Shown piece by piece: positions 29,347 through 38,609 of a DNA stretch of 64,000 bases (its first letter is position 1; every line of letters starts with the position of its first letter). Under the pieces are notes generated by a model. It made no database searches. It saw only the letters and a list, made by a program, of their open reading frames with translations, and had not been told where the DNA came from. Position numbers and translations under genes: made by a program. Source of the stretch: Marispirochaeta sp. (GTDB taxonomy: Bacteria > Spirochaetota > Spirochaetia > JC444 > Marispirochaetaceae); the NCBI GenBank assembly GCA_963676835.2, contig CAXXFF010000003.1, forward strand, positions 32,001 to 96,000, in the 5' to 3' direction.

Positions 29347-30512
29347 TTATTACTCCCAAGATTCGAAACAATATCTGCATGAATGCACACCCTGCAGGGT
29401 GTGAGCAGGAGACACTCAATCAGATTGAGTATGTCAAAAAACAGGGGACCTTTGATGGCCCGAAAACTGCTCTGGTGGTTGGTTCATCAACCGGTTTTGG
29501 TCTGGCATCGAGAATTTCTCTGGCTTTTGGTGCAGGTGCTGATACAATCGGTGTTTTTTTTGAAAAGGAAGCCACCGAAAAACGCCCGGGTACCCCGGGT
29601 TACTATAACAACCGTGCCTTTGAAAAGGCAGCTAAAGCCGCAGGCCGCAAAGCTGACAGTATCAACGGCGATGCCTTCAGTAATGAAGTGCGGAGCCAGG
29701 CAATTGACCTGATCAAGGAAAAATACGGCAGCATCGATCTGGTCGTCTACAGCCTTGCATCACCTGTCCGTACAGATCCCGATACCGGAGAGATGTACCG
29801 GTCCGTGTTGAAACCTCTGAAGGGTACCTACACGGCAAAATCTGTTGATGCAATGTCCGGCGAAATCGGTGAAGCATCGATTGAACCTGGCGATCAGGCA
29901 GATACTGAAGCAACCGTTAAGGTTATGGGCGGCGAAGACTGGAGAATCTGGCTCAAAGCTCTCAAAGATGCGGGTGTTCTGTCCAAAGGTGTTAAAACCG
30001 TAGCCTATTCGTACATAGGACCGGAAATAACCTACGCGGTTTACCGGGAAGGCACTATCGGTAAAGCCAAGGAGCACCTTGAAAAAACTGCTTTTGAAAT
30101 AACAGAAGATCTTAAGGATATGGACGGATCGGCCTTCGTATCTGTTAATAAAGCCCTGGTTACCCGTTCTTCTGCAGTTATTCCTGTTGTTCCCCTGTAT
30201 ATCGGGCTGCTGTACAAGGTTATGAAAGATAAGGGCATCCACGAAGGTTGTATTGAGCAGATGTACCGCCTTTTCAGCAGTCGCCTGTACTTAAAAGGGA
30301 ACGTACCTGTTGATGATCAGGGACGTATCCGTGTGGATGACTGGGAAATGCGGGAAGATGTTCAGGCTGAAGTACAGGCCCTCTGGCCACAGGTTACTTC
30401 AGAGAACCTCAACGAACTGGCTGACCTTAAAGGATATCAGACAGAGTTCCTTAACCTTCACGGTTTCGCCGTACCCGGTATCGATTACGATGCGGATGTA
30501 ACTGAATTCTGA
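29343..30512 (+). CDS. fabV: Enoyl-ACP reductase FabV / trans-2-enoyl-CoA reductase
   Basis: AHPAGC, GSSTGFG, YSLASP, VMGGEDW, YIGP, HEGCIEQ. Confidence 0.93.
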   Translation: MIITPKIRNNICMNAHPAGCEQETLNQIEYVKKQGTFDGPKTALVVGSSTGFGLASRISLAFGAGADTIGVFFEKEATEKRPGTPGYYNNRAFEKAAKAAGRKADSINGDAFSNEVRSQAIDLIKEKYGSIDLVVYSLASPVRTDPDTGEMYRSVLKPLKGTYTAKSVDAMSGEIGEASIEPGDQADTEATVKVMGGEDWRIWLKALKDAGVLSKGVKTVAYSYIGPEITYAVYREGTIGKAKEHLEKTAFEITEDLKDMDGSAFVSVNKALVTRSSAVIPVVPLYIGLLYKVMKDKGIHEGCIEQMYRLFSSRLYLKGNVPVDDQGRIRVDDWEMREDVQAEVQALWPQVTSENLNELADLKGYQTEFLNLHGFAVPGIDYDADVTEF

Positions 30513-30529
30513 CAAATACAGCTAAGATT

Positions 30530-30569
30530 AAAAAAGGACGTCCCGTTTAATGCGGGCGTCCTTTTTTTT
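30530..30569. terminator. Bidirectional Rho-independent terminator
   Basis: AAAAAAGGACGTCCCG...CGGGCGTCCTTTTTTTT between convergent fabV and yhhQ-like genes. Confidence 0.82.
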
Positions 30570-30623
30570 ACATGGCTCTGATCAGATCAGAATTATCAGA
30601 CGGCTTAATATAGAAAAATCTGT

Positions 30624-31325
30624 TTAAAGATACTTTTCCCGTATCTTCTTTGACCAGTATATGAATGGTGTATCTGCAAGGGCTACCAGCCATTTAAGTA
30701 CGTAGGTTGTAACAAAAATATCAATCAGTACGGAAAACTCAAAAACACCGTAAAAGGAAACGGCTACAAAAACCAGGGAGTCGATCAGCTGACTGACCAT
30801 GGTGCTGAGATTATTACGAATCCATATATGTTTGTCTTCTGGAAATCTGCTCTTCCAGAAACTGTAGGACCACACATCGTGACGCTGGGAAAGAATATAG
30901 GCAATAAGACTGCCGGCTGCGATTCTCGGCATAATACTGAAAATGGTTGTCAGGGATTCCTGGGCGAAATCGGAGGAATCCGGCGTAAAAAGCAGGGCTA
31001 TATTCATAAAAAGAGTCATCACAATAATCGCGAAAAAACCAACCCAGACTGCTTTTCCGGCTTCCTCTTTACTGTGATTTTCTGAAAGGATGTCGGTAAC
31101 AAGAAACGAGGTCGCATAAACAATATTTCCGAGGGTCGCTGTGAAACCAAAAATCGGAACGTTTTTCAGCACCTGTATATTGGCAATTATTACCGAGATG
31201 GGAATCCAGACAAAAAGGCCGGTTTTACCCATTATACGGTAAAGGGATATTATAATAAAAAAATTCAGTAACAGCATAACAAGCCACAGGACTTCATTAT
31301 GCATGGGAAACGTCAAAACAGGCAT
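30624..31325 (-). CDS. Queuosine precursor transporter (YhhQ/VUT family)
   Basis: ANIQVLK, TLGN, TDILSE, WIRNNLSTMVSQLIDS, DTPF; start refined using the GGAGG RBS. Confidence 0.88.
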   Translation of the reverse strand: MPVLTFPMHNEVLWLVMLLLNFFIIISLYRIMGKTGLFVWIPISVIIANIQVLKNVPIFGFTATLGNIVYATSFLVTDILSENHSKEEAGKAVWVGFFAIIVMTLFMNIALLFTPDSSDFAQESLTTIFSIMPRIAAGSLIAYILSQRHDVWSYSFWKSRFPEDKHIWIRNNLSTMVSQLIDSLVFVAVSFYGVFEFSVLIDIFVTTYVLKWLVALADTPFIYWSKKIREKYL

Positions 31326-31391
31326 ATAACCTCCAGGAATTGGCATACGCTACAAAATTGTACGCATTTTTTCAAGGAGAACTTCTGTATT

Positions 31392-32186
31392 TCAAGACAG
31401 GTTTTCGAGACGGGTTATCTGCATTCGAACATCTTCCAGCCTGGCATTTAACCGTTTCAATGTCCGCTCTATTCTTTTTTCTTCCTGCCGCAAACGTTTC
31501 TCTATTTTATCATCATCAAGATCAACTGCCGCACTCTGTGCGGAATATTCATGGTACACAGTGTCCGGACTCTTCCCCTGCTCCAGCGCAGCTGCTGCTT
31601 CCTGCCGTTTATCCGGGTCTTTAATTCGCAAAAGCCCTTTCATATTTTCGTAACCGAACTGAGCCGGAATATCTTCCTTATAGGTTTGAATCAGGTTGCG
31701 GGCAACACTATGCTGCATTCCGAGTTCCCGATCGGCGAAATCTTCGAAAGAATAGTGTCTGTCGTGACAAATCTGGTATGCTTGCATCAGCAGTTTTCCA
31801 AACTCAAGCACCCGCTGGCCTTCCTCCTGAAGAAACTCTGTCCGGATTCGTACCGCAAGAATTTTCAACTCTGAATCGTCTCTTAAAGGGTTCTTGTAGA
31901 GGTTTTCGTTTTCCGCCTTTTCCAGCAGCCTGTGAAAGGTGGCCCAGAAATCTCTACTGTGACTGCGCCGGGTGTTTCCGCAAAGATGATGGGCGTATTC
32001 ATGTATGGCAGTATAAATAAGCTCATCATCCCGTTCCATGTTTTTGTTATGGATAATAATTTCAGCCGTCTCAGGATAATAGAGCCCGTCAACTTTATTG
32101 CTTTTTTTTCCGGAAAAAATGAGCGAGAAATCCTCCTCCGGCTCTTCAATACGCAGAAGGATCTCTTTCAACTGGTCCTGATTCAT
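31392..32186 (-). CDS. Hypothetical protein with an SprT-like HExxH domain and a helical/coiled-coil C-terminus
   Basis: AIHEYAHH...HSRDFW motif. Confidence 0.7.
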   Translation of the reverse strand: MNQDQLKEILLRIEEPEEDFSLIFSGKKSNKVDGLYYPETAEIIIHNKNMERDDELIYTAIHEYAHHLCGNTRRSHSRDFWATFHRLLEKAENENLYKNPLRDDSELKILAVRIRTEFLQEEGQRVLEFGKLLMQAYQICHDRHYSFEDFADRELGMQHSVARNLIQTYKEDIPAQFGYENMKGLLRIKDPDKRQEAAAALEQGKSPDTVYHEYSAQSAAVDLDDDKIEKRLRQEEKRIERTLKRLNARLEDVRMQITRLENLS

Positions 32187-32193
32187 AGATCTT

Positions 32194-33525
32194 TCAATAA
32201 CCGGCGCGAACAGGCAGAGCTTCTATTAAACCAGCGAGATATTTTTTTTCATTTTTAATTTTTTCAAAAAGCTTCTTTATGGTTCTTTCATGAGACTGAG
32301 CCAGAGTCAGGCCGCCGTCTTTCATAGCACTGCTTTCCCAGGAATAGATAACTTCGCCATTTTTTTCGAGTTGCAGAGTCACACGAGCCTGCGATATTTC
32401 CAGACTGTTCTCCTTGAACTTGGGGAAGTCTTCAACGATAAGCTTCAGCTTTACACTATACTCTGTTGCCGATGAAGGTCCTACCAGAGAGAACGGCAGA
32501 TCTGAGGAGGCAAACAAGGAGGAAGCCATTTCTGTTATGCCCGGTACACCATAATCCCTGTCCTGTTCGACTAGAAGCTTGAGCGGCAGGGGATTTACCT
32601 CAAAGGGTATTTCCTTATCGGGGCTGATGAATTTTATAAAATAATCATCTCCACCAATTTCCAGAGCGCTCATGTCTACTGAGGCTGAAACTGTCCCCCT
32701 GCCAATGGGTAAAGTGGACAGCTCTACGGAAGCGACATAGGTGCCTTTTTCGTCTGTTGTGCCGCTGGCAATCAGTCTGCCGGCCTCTGAAATTCCAACT
32801 GGAAGTCCAGACGCAGCACTATCGCCGGAAATTTTTATTGTGACATCAACTTTATCTCCCGCAGAACCTTTAACAATCCCTGGAGTAACAGAAACAGTAA
32901 GACTGCTGACAATTTCCTGTATCCGGCTTTCAATCAGGTCGATGAGAACACCTTCTGATCCTTCAATGTTTCCCTTCAGGCTTGCAAAATAGGGAGATTC
33001 AGCGAGAAGAACATGGGATTTATGCAGCAAAGCGAGTGTTTCACCTGTCGCTTTCGCTTGTGAAGAAAAAGCAGGAGCCGCAAGATCTTCGACCCTTTCT
33101 GCCAACTCTTTTTTCTGACGCAGTAGATTGGCTTTATCGTAACGCAGATAGATCCAGTAACCCGCAGAAGGAGAACTGTAACTGTCTACAACCTCTGCCC
33201 CCTCAAGCTTCTGATACACTTTTTCTTCAATGCGTCTTTTCAGTGATTTAAATTCCTCACCATCAGCTGTTTCTCCGCTTTCCAGCTCAACTTCCGAAAC
33301 TATCGATGTCGAGATGGAAGCTGCCAGGTTTGCAAGTGCTTCCTCCCGAGCCTCATCCTGAGCCGATGCAAGGATAGCACTGTTTGATGATCCTATCCCG
33401 ATATAATAACGGTTATCCTGTGGATAACGTTCCACCCAGGAAGGCAGGGAGGGTGCAGTAGCACAAGACAAAATCAGCAGGGTAAAAGCCGCTATAAGGA
33501 TCGGCACTTTAATTTCAGTTCTCAT
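32194..33525 (-). CDS. LPP20-like lipoprotein with additional C-terminal domains
   Basis: Lipobox LILSC, PSWV...YYIGIG, AREEALANLA. Confidence 0.75.
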   Translation of the reverse strand: MRTEIKVPILIAAFTLLILSCATAPSLPSWVERYPQDNRYYIGIGSSNSAILASAQDEAREEALANLAASISTSIVSEVELESGETADGEEFKSLKRRIEEKVYQKLEGAEVVDSYSSPSAGYWIYLRYDKANLLRQKKELAERVEDLAAPAFSSQAKATGETLALLHKSHVLLAESPYFASLKGNIEGSEGVLIDLIESRIQEIVSSLTVSVTPGIVKGSAGDKVDVTIKISGDSAASGLPVGISEAGRLIASGTTDEKGTYVASVELSTLPIGRGTVSASVDMSALEIGGDDYFIKFISPDKEIPFEVNPLPLKLLVEQDRDYGVPGITEMASSLFASSDLPFSLVGPSSATEYSVKLKLIVEDFPKFKENSLEISQARVTLQLEKNGEVIYSWESSAMKDGGLTLAQSHERTIKKLFEKIKNEKKYLAGLIEALPVRAGY

Positions 33526-33560
33526 ATTTTCCCCATTTATTGTAGTAGAAGAGCGCAGCC

Positions 33561-34469
33561 TCAAGGCTGCGGCAGCAGCGCAAGGGAATAAAAGTATTCT
33601 CCCGAAGGATCTCTCCAGCGCGCGGCAATCTGTATTCCCCGAATAAGTGCAGTGGAATACTGGTAATTCTCTTCAGTATAGTCATTTTCGTCGCTTGATC
33701 TGTTTACATCATATTCAACATCAATAGTGGTCGCAAGCTGCCTGAGTATTTCGGCAACAGCAAGTTCATCGGCTGCAGCAACAGAATCTGCAAAGCGGAT
33801 CTTGGGACGGCTTATTCCAAGGCCGACATAATATCCAGGCAATTCGGGTATGTTACTTACCCAGGCGGGTTCTCTTTCTCCTCTGGAGAAATTCAGAGCA
33901 CCTCCGGGAAAAGACGAGGCATTTTTAAGTGAAGGAAACCGCACAAGAGCGTAGCTGCCGGTGTCATTCTGATGGAGCGTTCTGACTTCCGCTTCGCTGA
34001 TAAGCGCAGGGACTATGTTCTGGTTATAATAAAGACGTATGTCTTCAGCATAACCGGTATCATCTCCGAGGGTCATTTGAAACGAGGAGACAACTGCAGC
34101 AATACCTGCAAACTGGGCTGCCTGCTGTGCAGCATTATCTATACATTCCTCAAGTTCATTTGCCCGGCTCATCCGCGGATACGAAGTCCCCAGGAAAAGC
34201 ATTGTTCCATCTGCAGCTTCCGGCAGCCATACCCAATGGGGCAATTCCCCGGGAAGCCACATGGGTGAAGGCTGTATAACCTTTACAGCCTCGCTCTCTT
34301 CAGGAAGGTTTAGTTTATCTGTTATGGGAGTACGTAAATCACGCCAGGTTTCGTATTCTCTTTTTCCGGTATCTTCTTCGGCCGCCTCAACGGAGCCGGT
34401 AGCAATTGTCATGCATGAAGTGATCAATGAAAGCAAAGCCGCTGCTGCAATAACTAGTGGTGTTCTCAT
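33561..34469 (-). CDS. Lipoprotein with two LPP20-like modules
   Basis: Lipobox LITSC; LPHWV...FLGTS and PAWV...YYVGLG repeats. Confidence 0.7.
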   Translation of the reverse strand: MRTPLVIAAAALLSLITSCMTIATGSVEAAEEDTGKREYETWRDLRTPITDKLNLPEESEAVKVIQPSPMWLPGELPHWVWLPEAADGTMLFLGTSYPRMSRANELEECIDNAAQQAAQFAGIAAVVSSFQMTLGDDTGYAEDIRLYYNQNIVPALISEAEVRTLHQNDTGSYALVRFPSLKNASSFPGGALNFSRGEREPAWVSNIPELPGYYVGLGISRPKIRFADSVAAADELAVAEILRQLATTIDVEYDVNRSSDENDYTEENYQYSTALIRGIQIAARWRDPSGEYFYSLALLPQP

Positions 34470-34491
34470 GTAACTATCCTATCATAAAAAC

Positions 34492-34526
34492 AAAAAAAAG
34501 ACGGTACGAAATCAACGTACCGTCTT
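34492..34526 (-). terminator. Rho-independent terminator after the 181-aa lipoprotein gene
   Basis: AAGACGGTACG-aaatcaa-CGTACCGTCTT with an A-run on the left. Confidence 0.8.
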
Positions 34527-34547
34527 AAGGTTTTATAAAAAAACCGC

Positions 34548-35093
34548 TTATTCTTTTTCAAGTTCCGCATCGAGCCATTTCATAGCTTCGTCAGCTTTGA
34601 ACTCGGCAAATGCAGCATCTTCGTTACGTACGAAAAGTTCTTTTTCAGCAGCCTCTTTAAGAGCGCTTTCTTCGTACATAACCATTACGTAAAAGGTTCC
34701 TTCCTGCTTGTCCAGGTAAGTTTCAATAACCTTTGATCCGTTCAGAGTAGCCGAAGCAACCTGCTTGGTGACGGTTTCAAGGAACTCAATTACCTGTTTG
34801 TTACCATCTACACCGGATTCCTGAGCATACTGTTTTACAGCGCTGTCAACCTTTACTTCAACCTGAGCGGCAATTTCAGCACGTGCGTTGGCAGTGGCAG
34901 CAGTACGGGCAGTAGAAAGATTAGAAGACTTGTAGCTTCCTACACCGTAGAATGCATCATCTGCAACGGGGGGTGCAAGAACCCAGTCAGGGAGGTCGTT
35001 GGTGGGGGCTGCGACCGTTTCGGGACTTGATGAACAAGACATTACCATTCCAAGAGCGGCAAGCAATGTTATCAGTATAAGAACTCTTTTCAT
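34548..35093 (-). CDS. LPP20-like lipoprotein
   Basis: Lipobox MVMSC, LPDWV...FYGVGS, ARAEIA; AAGGAG RBS. Confidence 0.8.
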   Translation of the reverse strand: MKRVLILITLLAALGMVMSCSSSPETVAAPTNDLPDWVLAPPVADDAFYGVGSYKSSNLSTARTAATANARAEIAAQVEVKVDSAVKQYAQESGVDGNKQVIEFLETVTKQVASATLNGSKVIETYLDKQEGTFYVMVMYEESALKEAAEKELFVRNEDAAFAEFKADEAMKWLDAELEKE

Positions 35094-35222
35094 TTTTTTC
35101 TCCTTCCTTATGAGAAAGTGTTTTGTTTAAACCTACAGCTTTCTCATAGGTATTTCAAGGTAATGATAAAAAATATAACACATCCAAATTGATTTTTTGT
35201 TACCCTTATTGTAATAATAGGT

Positions 35223-35453
35223 ATGGCCCGGGAAAAATCATACTTTTTTATAATAGATGGTCTTACAACTGACAAAGCAGTCTTCTTCAAACGGGGGCTT
35301 CTTGAACTCTCCATAGTAGTTGATGTCAAAATTAATATCCGTTCCGGACTCGTTGAAGTAATCTCCACCAAAAAGATCGAAGAAGCAGTCCAGACCTGTT
35401 GTGATCTTGCCGGTCTTCAGATGCGCACCCAGGTTAGCCGTAAAGAACTATAA
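35223..35453 (+). CDS. Small hypothetical protein, possibly a ferredoxin/HMA-like fold without CxxC
   Basis: 76-aa ORF filling the intergenic space; beta-alpha-beta-beta-alpha-beta hydrophobic pattern. Confidence 0.55.
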   Translation: MAREKSYFFIIDGLTTDKAVFFKRGLLELSIVVDVKINIRSGLVEVISTKKIEEAVQTCCDLAGLQMRTQVSRKEL

Positions 35454-35471
35454 ACTTTCCCTTACAACTCC

Positions 35472-35521
35472 TTGACCATTAACGCCGTTTACGTTAACCT
35501 GCCGCCTACCAATGGTTAACG
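35472..35521 (+). promoter_or_regulatory. birA promoter with BirA (bioO-type) operator
   Basis: TTGACC (35472)-17 bp-TAACCT (35495); inverted repeat CGTTAACC-N14-GGTTAACG at 35492-35521. Confidence 0.78.
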
Positions 35522-36462
35522 CTAAAACTGACATAAAACATTCAGTTCTCGCCATACTTGAAACTAATATGCGTCCCGTTTCGGGTAACGAAATAGGAGA
35601 AAGGCTTGGCATCAGCCGTGTTGCGGTCTGGAAACACATTAAAGGCCTGGTGGAAGAAGGGTACACAATAACAAGCGGACGCACCGGATATACCCTTTTA
35701 GTTAAACCGGATCACGTTACTTCCAGCGGTTTTGACCAGACCCGGGATGCAGTTGTTGTGCAGGAAACTGCAGAATCCACCATGGATATGGCAAAAAACT
35801 GCAAGAAATCCGGTATTGCCTTCTTCATCGCCGGAAACCAGCGTCAGGGACGCGGAAGAGAAGGAAAAGAGTGGGCTTCACCCGGAGGGGGCTTATACCT
35901 GACAATGGTTTTCACCCCGAAACTCCCCTCTGCCTACGCCAATTTGTATGTTATCGATGCGGGGCTGGCCATCGCAGAATATATCAACAGGCATTTTCAT
36001 ACAGAAGCATGGTTCAAATGGCCCAATGACCTGTACCTTGGAAACAGAAAACTGGGGGGACTGCTTCTTGAAGTTGAGGGGGAAACAACAAAACTGTCCA
36101 CCTGCAGACTCGGTTTTGGAATCAACATAGATCCCCTTAACAGAACGGACTACCCTTTTGCCGCAGCCGCAAGCCTTGCGGAAGAATCCTCCTCCCCTGC
36201 CGGGAAACCAACCATAAACAAGGTTTTTTCACTGCTAAAACCGGTACTTGAAAACACGGCGTTGCTCTCTGCTCCAGAATCAATTGTAACGCGATGGGAA
36301 AGCATGTCCGAAGATATTGGCACCAGTATAATTCTCGGAAAAAAAGGATACATCATTGCCGGTATGAATATGGCAGGCTCACTCATTCTCGAAGAAAGCA
36401 GTGGAGAACTCTGGGAAGCTTCTGCAGGATGGAATCTTGCCGGTCCTCTGCGGCATTTTTGA
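35512..36462 (+). CDS. birA: Bifunctional biotin--protein ligase/repressor
   Basis: N-terminal HTH SGNEIGERLGISRVAVWKHI; QRQGRGR, KWPND, KLGGLL. Confidence 0.92.
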   Translation: MVNAKTDIKHSVLAILETNMRPVSGNEIGERLGISRVAVWKHIKGLVEEGYTITSGRTGYTLLVKPDHVTSSGFDQTRDAVVVQETAESTMDMAKNCKKSGIAFFIAGNQRQGRGREGKEWASPGGGLYLTMVFTPKLPSAYANLYVIDAGLAIAEYINRHFHTEAWFKWPNDLYLGNRKLGGLLLEVEGETTKLSTCRLGFGINIDPLNRTDYPFAAAASLAEESSSPAGKPTINKVFSLLKPVLENTALLSAPESIVTRWESMSEDIGTSIILGKKGYIIAGMNMAGSLILEESSGELWEASAGWNLAGPLRHF

Positions 36463-36499
36463 AAATGAGAAAAGACAAATTTTTAAGGATTTGACATTT

Positions 36500-37060
36500 A
36501 TGGACCAGAAAACCCTGTCAGCGGCGATAAAAGCCGCCGTTTTCACAGCACTCATTATTGTAGGAACGTTTATCAAGTTTTACATACCTATGGTATCACC
36601 CCATGTGCCGGTTGTACTGGCGAATCTGTTTGTGATCATGGCGGGATTACTGCTGGGGCCTCTCTGGGGTTCAGTATCTGTGCTGCTTTACCTCCTGATC
36701 GGAATATCCGGAATACCGGTATTCAGCGCAGGGGGCGGACCCGCCGTTTTTATGGGCCCCACAGGTGGGTATCTGATCGGGTATCTGCCCGCCGCTTTTA
36801 TAGCCGGTCTCATTGCCAGACCCGCCAGGGGCCGACTGATACTGCTTCTGATTGCGGCGTTTACGGGGGTACTGGTTATTTACCTTACAGGGGTACCATG
36901 GCTGTTCTGGAAACTTGCAGAAATCAAGGGCAGCGCTCCGCCTCTGATGGAAGGGCTTATAATGGGAGCCTTTCTCTATCTACCCGGCGATGCACTTAAG
37001 ATAGCAGCCGCAGCTCTCCTGACCCGTTCTTTTTATAAACTTGGATTAAGCAGCAACTGA
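36500..37060 (+). CDS. bioY: Biotin ECF substrate-binding component
   Basis: GIPVFSAGGG, GPTGGYLIGY, PGDALK. Confidence 0.92.
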   Translation: MDQKTLSAAIKAAVFTALIIVGTFIKFYIPMVSPHVPVVLANLFVIMAGLLLGPLWGSVSVLLYLLIGISGIPVFSAGGGPAVFMGPTGGYLIGYLPAAFIAGLIARPARGRLILLLIAAFTGVLVIYLTGVPWLFWKLAEIKGSAPPLMEGLIMGAFLYLPGDALKIAAAALLTRSFYKLGLSSN

Positions 37061-37818
37061 TGAAGGAAAGATCTCCTATTTTAAGCTTTACCGACGTGCA
37101 TTACCGCTTCAATGACGGGGCTTACGGATTAAAAGGTGTTTCGTTAGGATTTTATCCCGGCGAAATTCTCTTAATTGCAGGAGCTAACGGAGCAGGTAAA
37201 ACACTGCTCATGAGACATGCCAACGGTCTGGTTCGTCCTGAGTCAGGAAAAATATTATACAAAGGATACCCACTAAAAAAAAACCTGAAAGAGGTGCGGC
37301 AGCGTATAGGAATGGTATTTCAACATCCGGAAGATCAGTTCATTGAAGATACAGTTTACGGTGAACTGCGATTCGGCCTGGACAATATTAAACTTCCTCA
37401 AAAAATAATTAAGCTACGTACGGACTCAATTCTCGAGAACTTCGGCCTTGCCCCACTTAGAGACCGGCACCCGTTGACTTTGTCCGGAGGCGAAAGACGA
37501 CGTCTTGCACTGGCGTCGGTAATAGCCATGGAACCGGAGTACCTTATACTGGACGAACCGTTTATGGAACTTGACTATCCGGGAATTAAAGACCTTTTAT
37601 CAATTCTTGTAACATTGCATAAAGGCGGTCTGGGGATGTGTATAGTCACCCATGATGTTGGCAAGATTCTTGCCCACTCGGACCGGCTCGTAATAATGAA
37701 AGAAGGCCGGGTGGTATCAGCAGGGCCTTCAGAAAGCCAGGTCCAATTCCTTGAAACTAACGGGGTTCGAAATCCATGCGGCGGTGGAGTTCCTTTCGAG
37801 AAGTCTTCATGGCTGTAA
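37060..37818 (+). CDS. ECF transporter ATPase (BioM/EcfA-like)
   Basis: GANGAGKT, VFQHPEDQ, LSGGE, LDEP. Confidence 0.9.
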   Translation: MKERSPILSFTDVHYRFNDGAYGLKGVSLGFYPGEILLIAGANGAGKTLLMRHANGLVRPESGKILYKGYPLKKNLKEVRQRIGMVFQHPEDQFIEDTVYGELRFGLDNIKLPQKIIKLRTDSILENFGLAPLRDRHPLTLSGGERRRLALASVIAMEPEYLILDEPFMELDYPGIKDLLSILVTLHKGGLGMCIVTHDVGKILAHSDRLVIMKEGRVVSAGPSESQVQFLETNGVRNPCGGGVPFEKSSWL

Positions 37819-38549
37819 ATCTTATTTACAGGAAAGATTCCGGATTTCTCTATCGTTTCGATCCCCGCTTAAAACTTCTGTTGCTGATAACCCTTTCGGT
37901 TTCAGTTTTTTCTTTTACTGTCATAGAAACCGGCATTTACTGCGGCCTTTTTTCATATTTTCTGATATTCCACGGAGGAAATATAAAAGGGGGAATACTC
38001 CTGACCTTTTCGGCCTTTCGTTTTATAGCATTTATATCTGTTATCTATCTGATTTCCGGCATAAGCAGGGCGGAAAACAGTGGATTAAACCAGACACTGA
38101 GTACAGCAAGCCCGTTTCTGCTTCGCCTGCTTATGCTGATTCTCGCAGGGTTCATTTTTACCAGAACAACGAGTGTGACAGAAATCCGCGGAGCCGCATA
38201 TTCATTTTTTTCAAAAATACCTGTGTTACCCGCAGCACTTGTCTCCCTCATGTTTTCAGTCACGATAAGCACTATTCCCCTTTTTTTTACTTCCCTGGAA
38301 AAAAGCAGGGAGGCAATGCTCTGCAGGGGTTCAATACCATGGTACAGACCTTTACGCCGGATAAAATCAATCGCCTTTCCTCTACTTACCAGAGTTATAC
38401 GAAGATCAGATATCCTGACGGACTCAATAGTTTCCCGGGGTTTTACTCTAGAACGTCAATTCATCCTTGAACGCCCGAAACGCAAAGAAACTGTTTTAAC
38501 TGGCCTTATCATTTTGCTGCTGTTTTTGCGGGGCTTCATATTCTTTTGA
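37809..38549 (+). CDS. ECF transmembrane component T (BioN/EcfT-like)
   Basis: DPRLKL, AMLCRG and SRGF motifs. Confidence 0.85.
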   Translation: MAVNLIYRKDSGFLYRFDPRLKLLLLITLSVSVFSFTVIETGIYCGLFSYFLIFHGGNIKGGILLTFSAFRFIAFISVIYLISGISRAENSGLNQTLSTASPFLLRLLMLILAGFIFTRTTSVTEIRGAAYSFFSKIPVLPAALVSLMFSVTISTIPLFFTSLEKSREAMLCRGSIPWYRPLRRIKSIAFPLLTRVIRRSDILTDSIVSRGFTLERQFILERPKRKETVLTGLIILLLFLRGFIFF

Positions 38550-38609
38550 AGGCTTCGTATGGTTCTTTTCTGATATACCTTAACGCCATTCTCGGATATA
38601 CTCTGAAAA

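Noticed and set aside
31326..31391. preQ1 riboswitch upstream of the YhhQ-family transporter
   Set aside because: The 66-bp gap holds a promoter-like sequence and an RBS, but I see no preQ1 stem-loop and A-rich tail.
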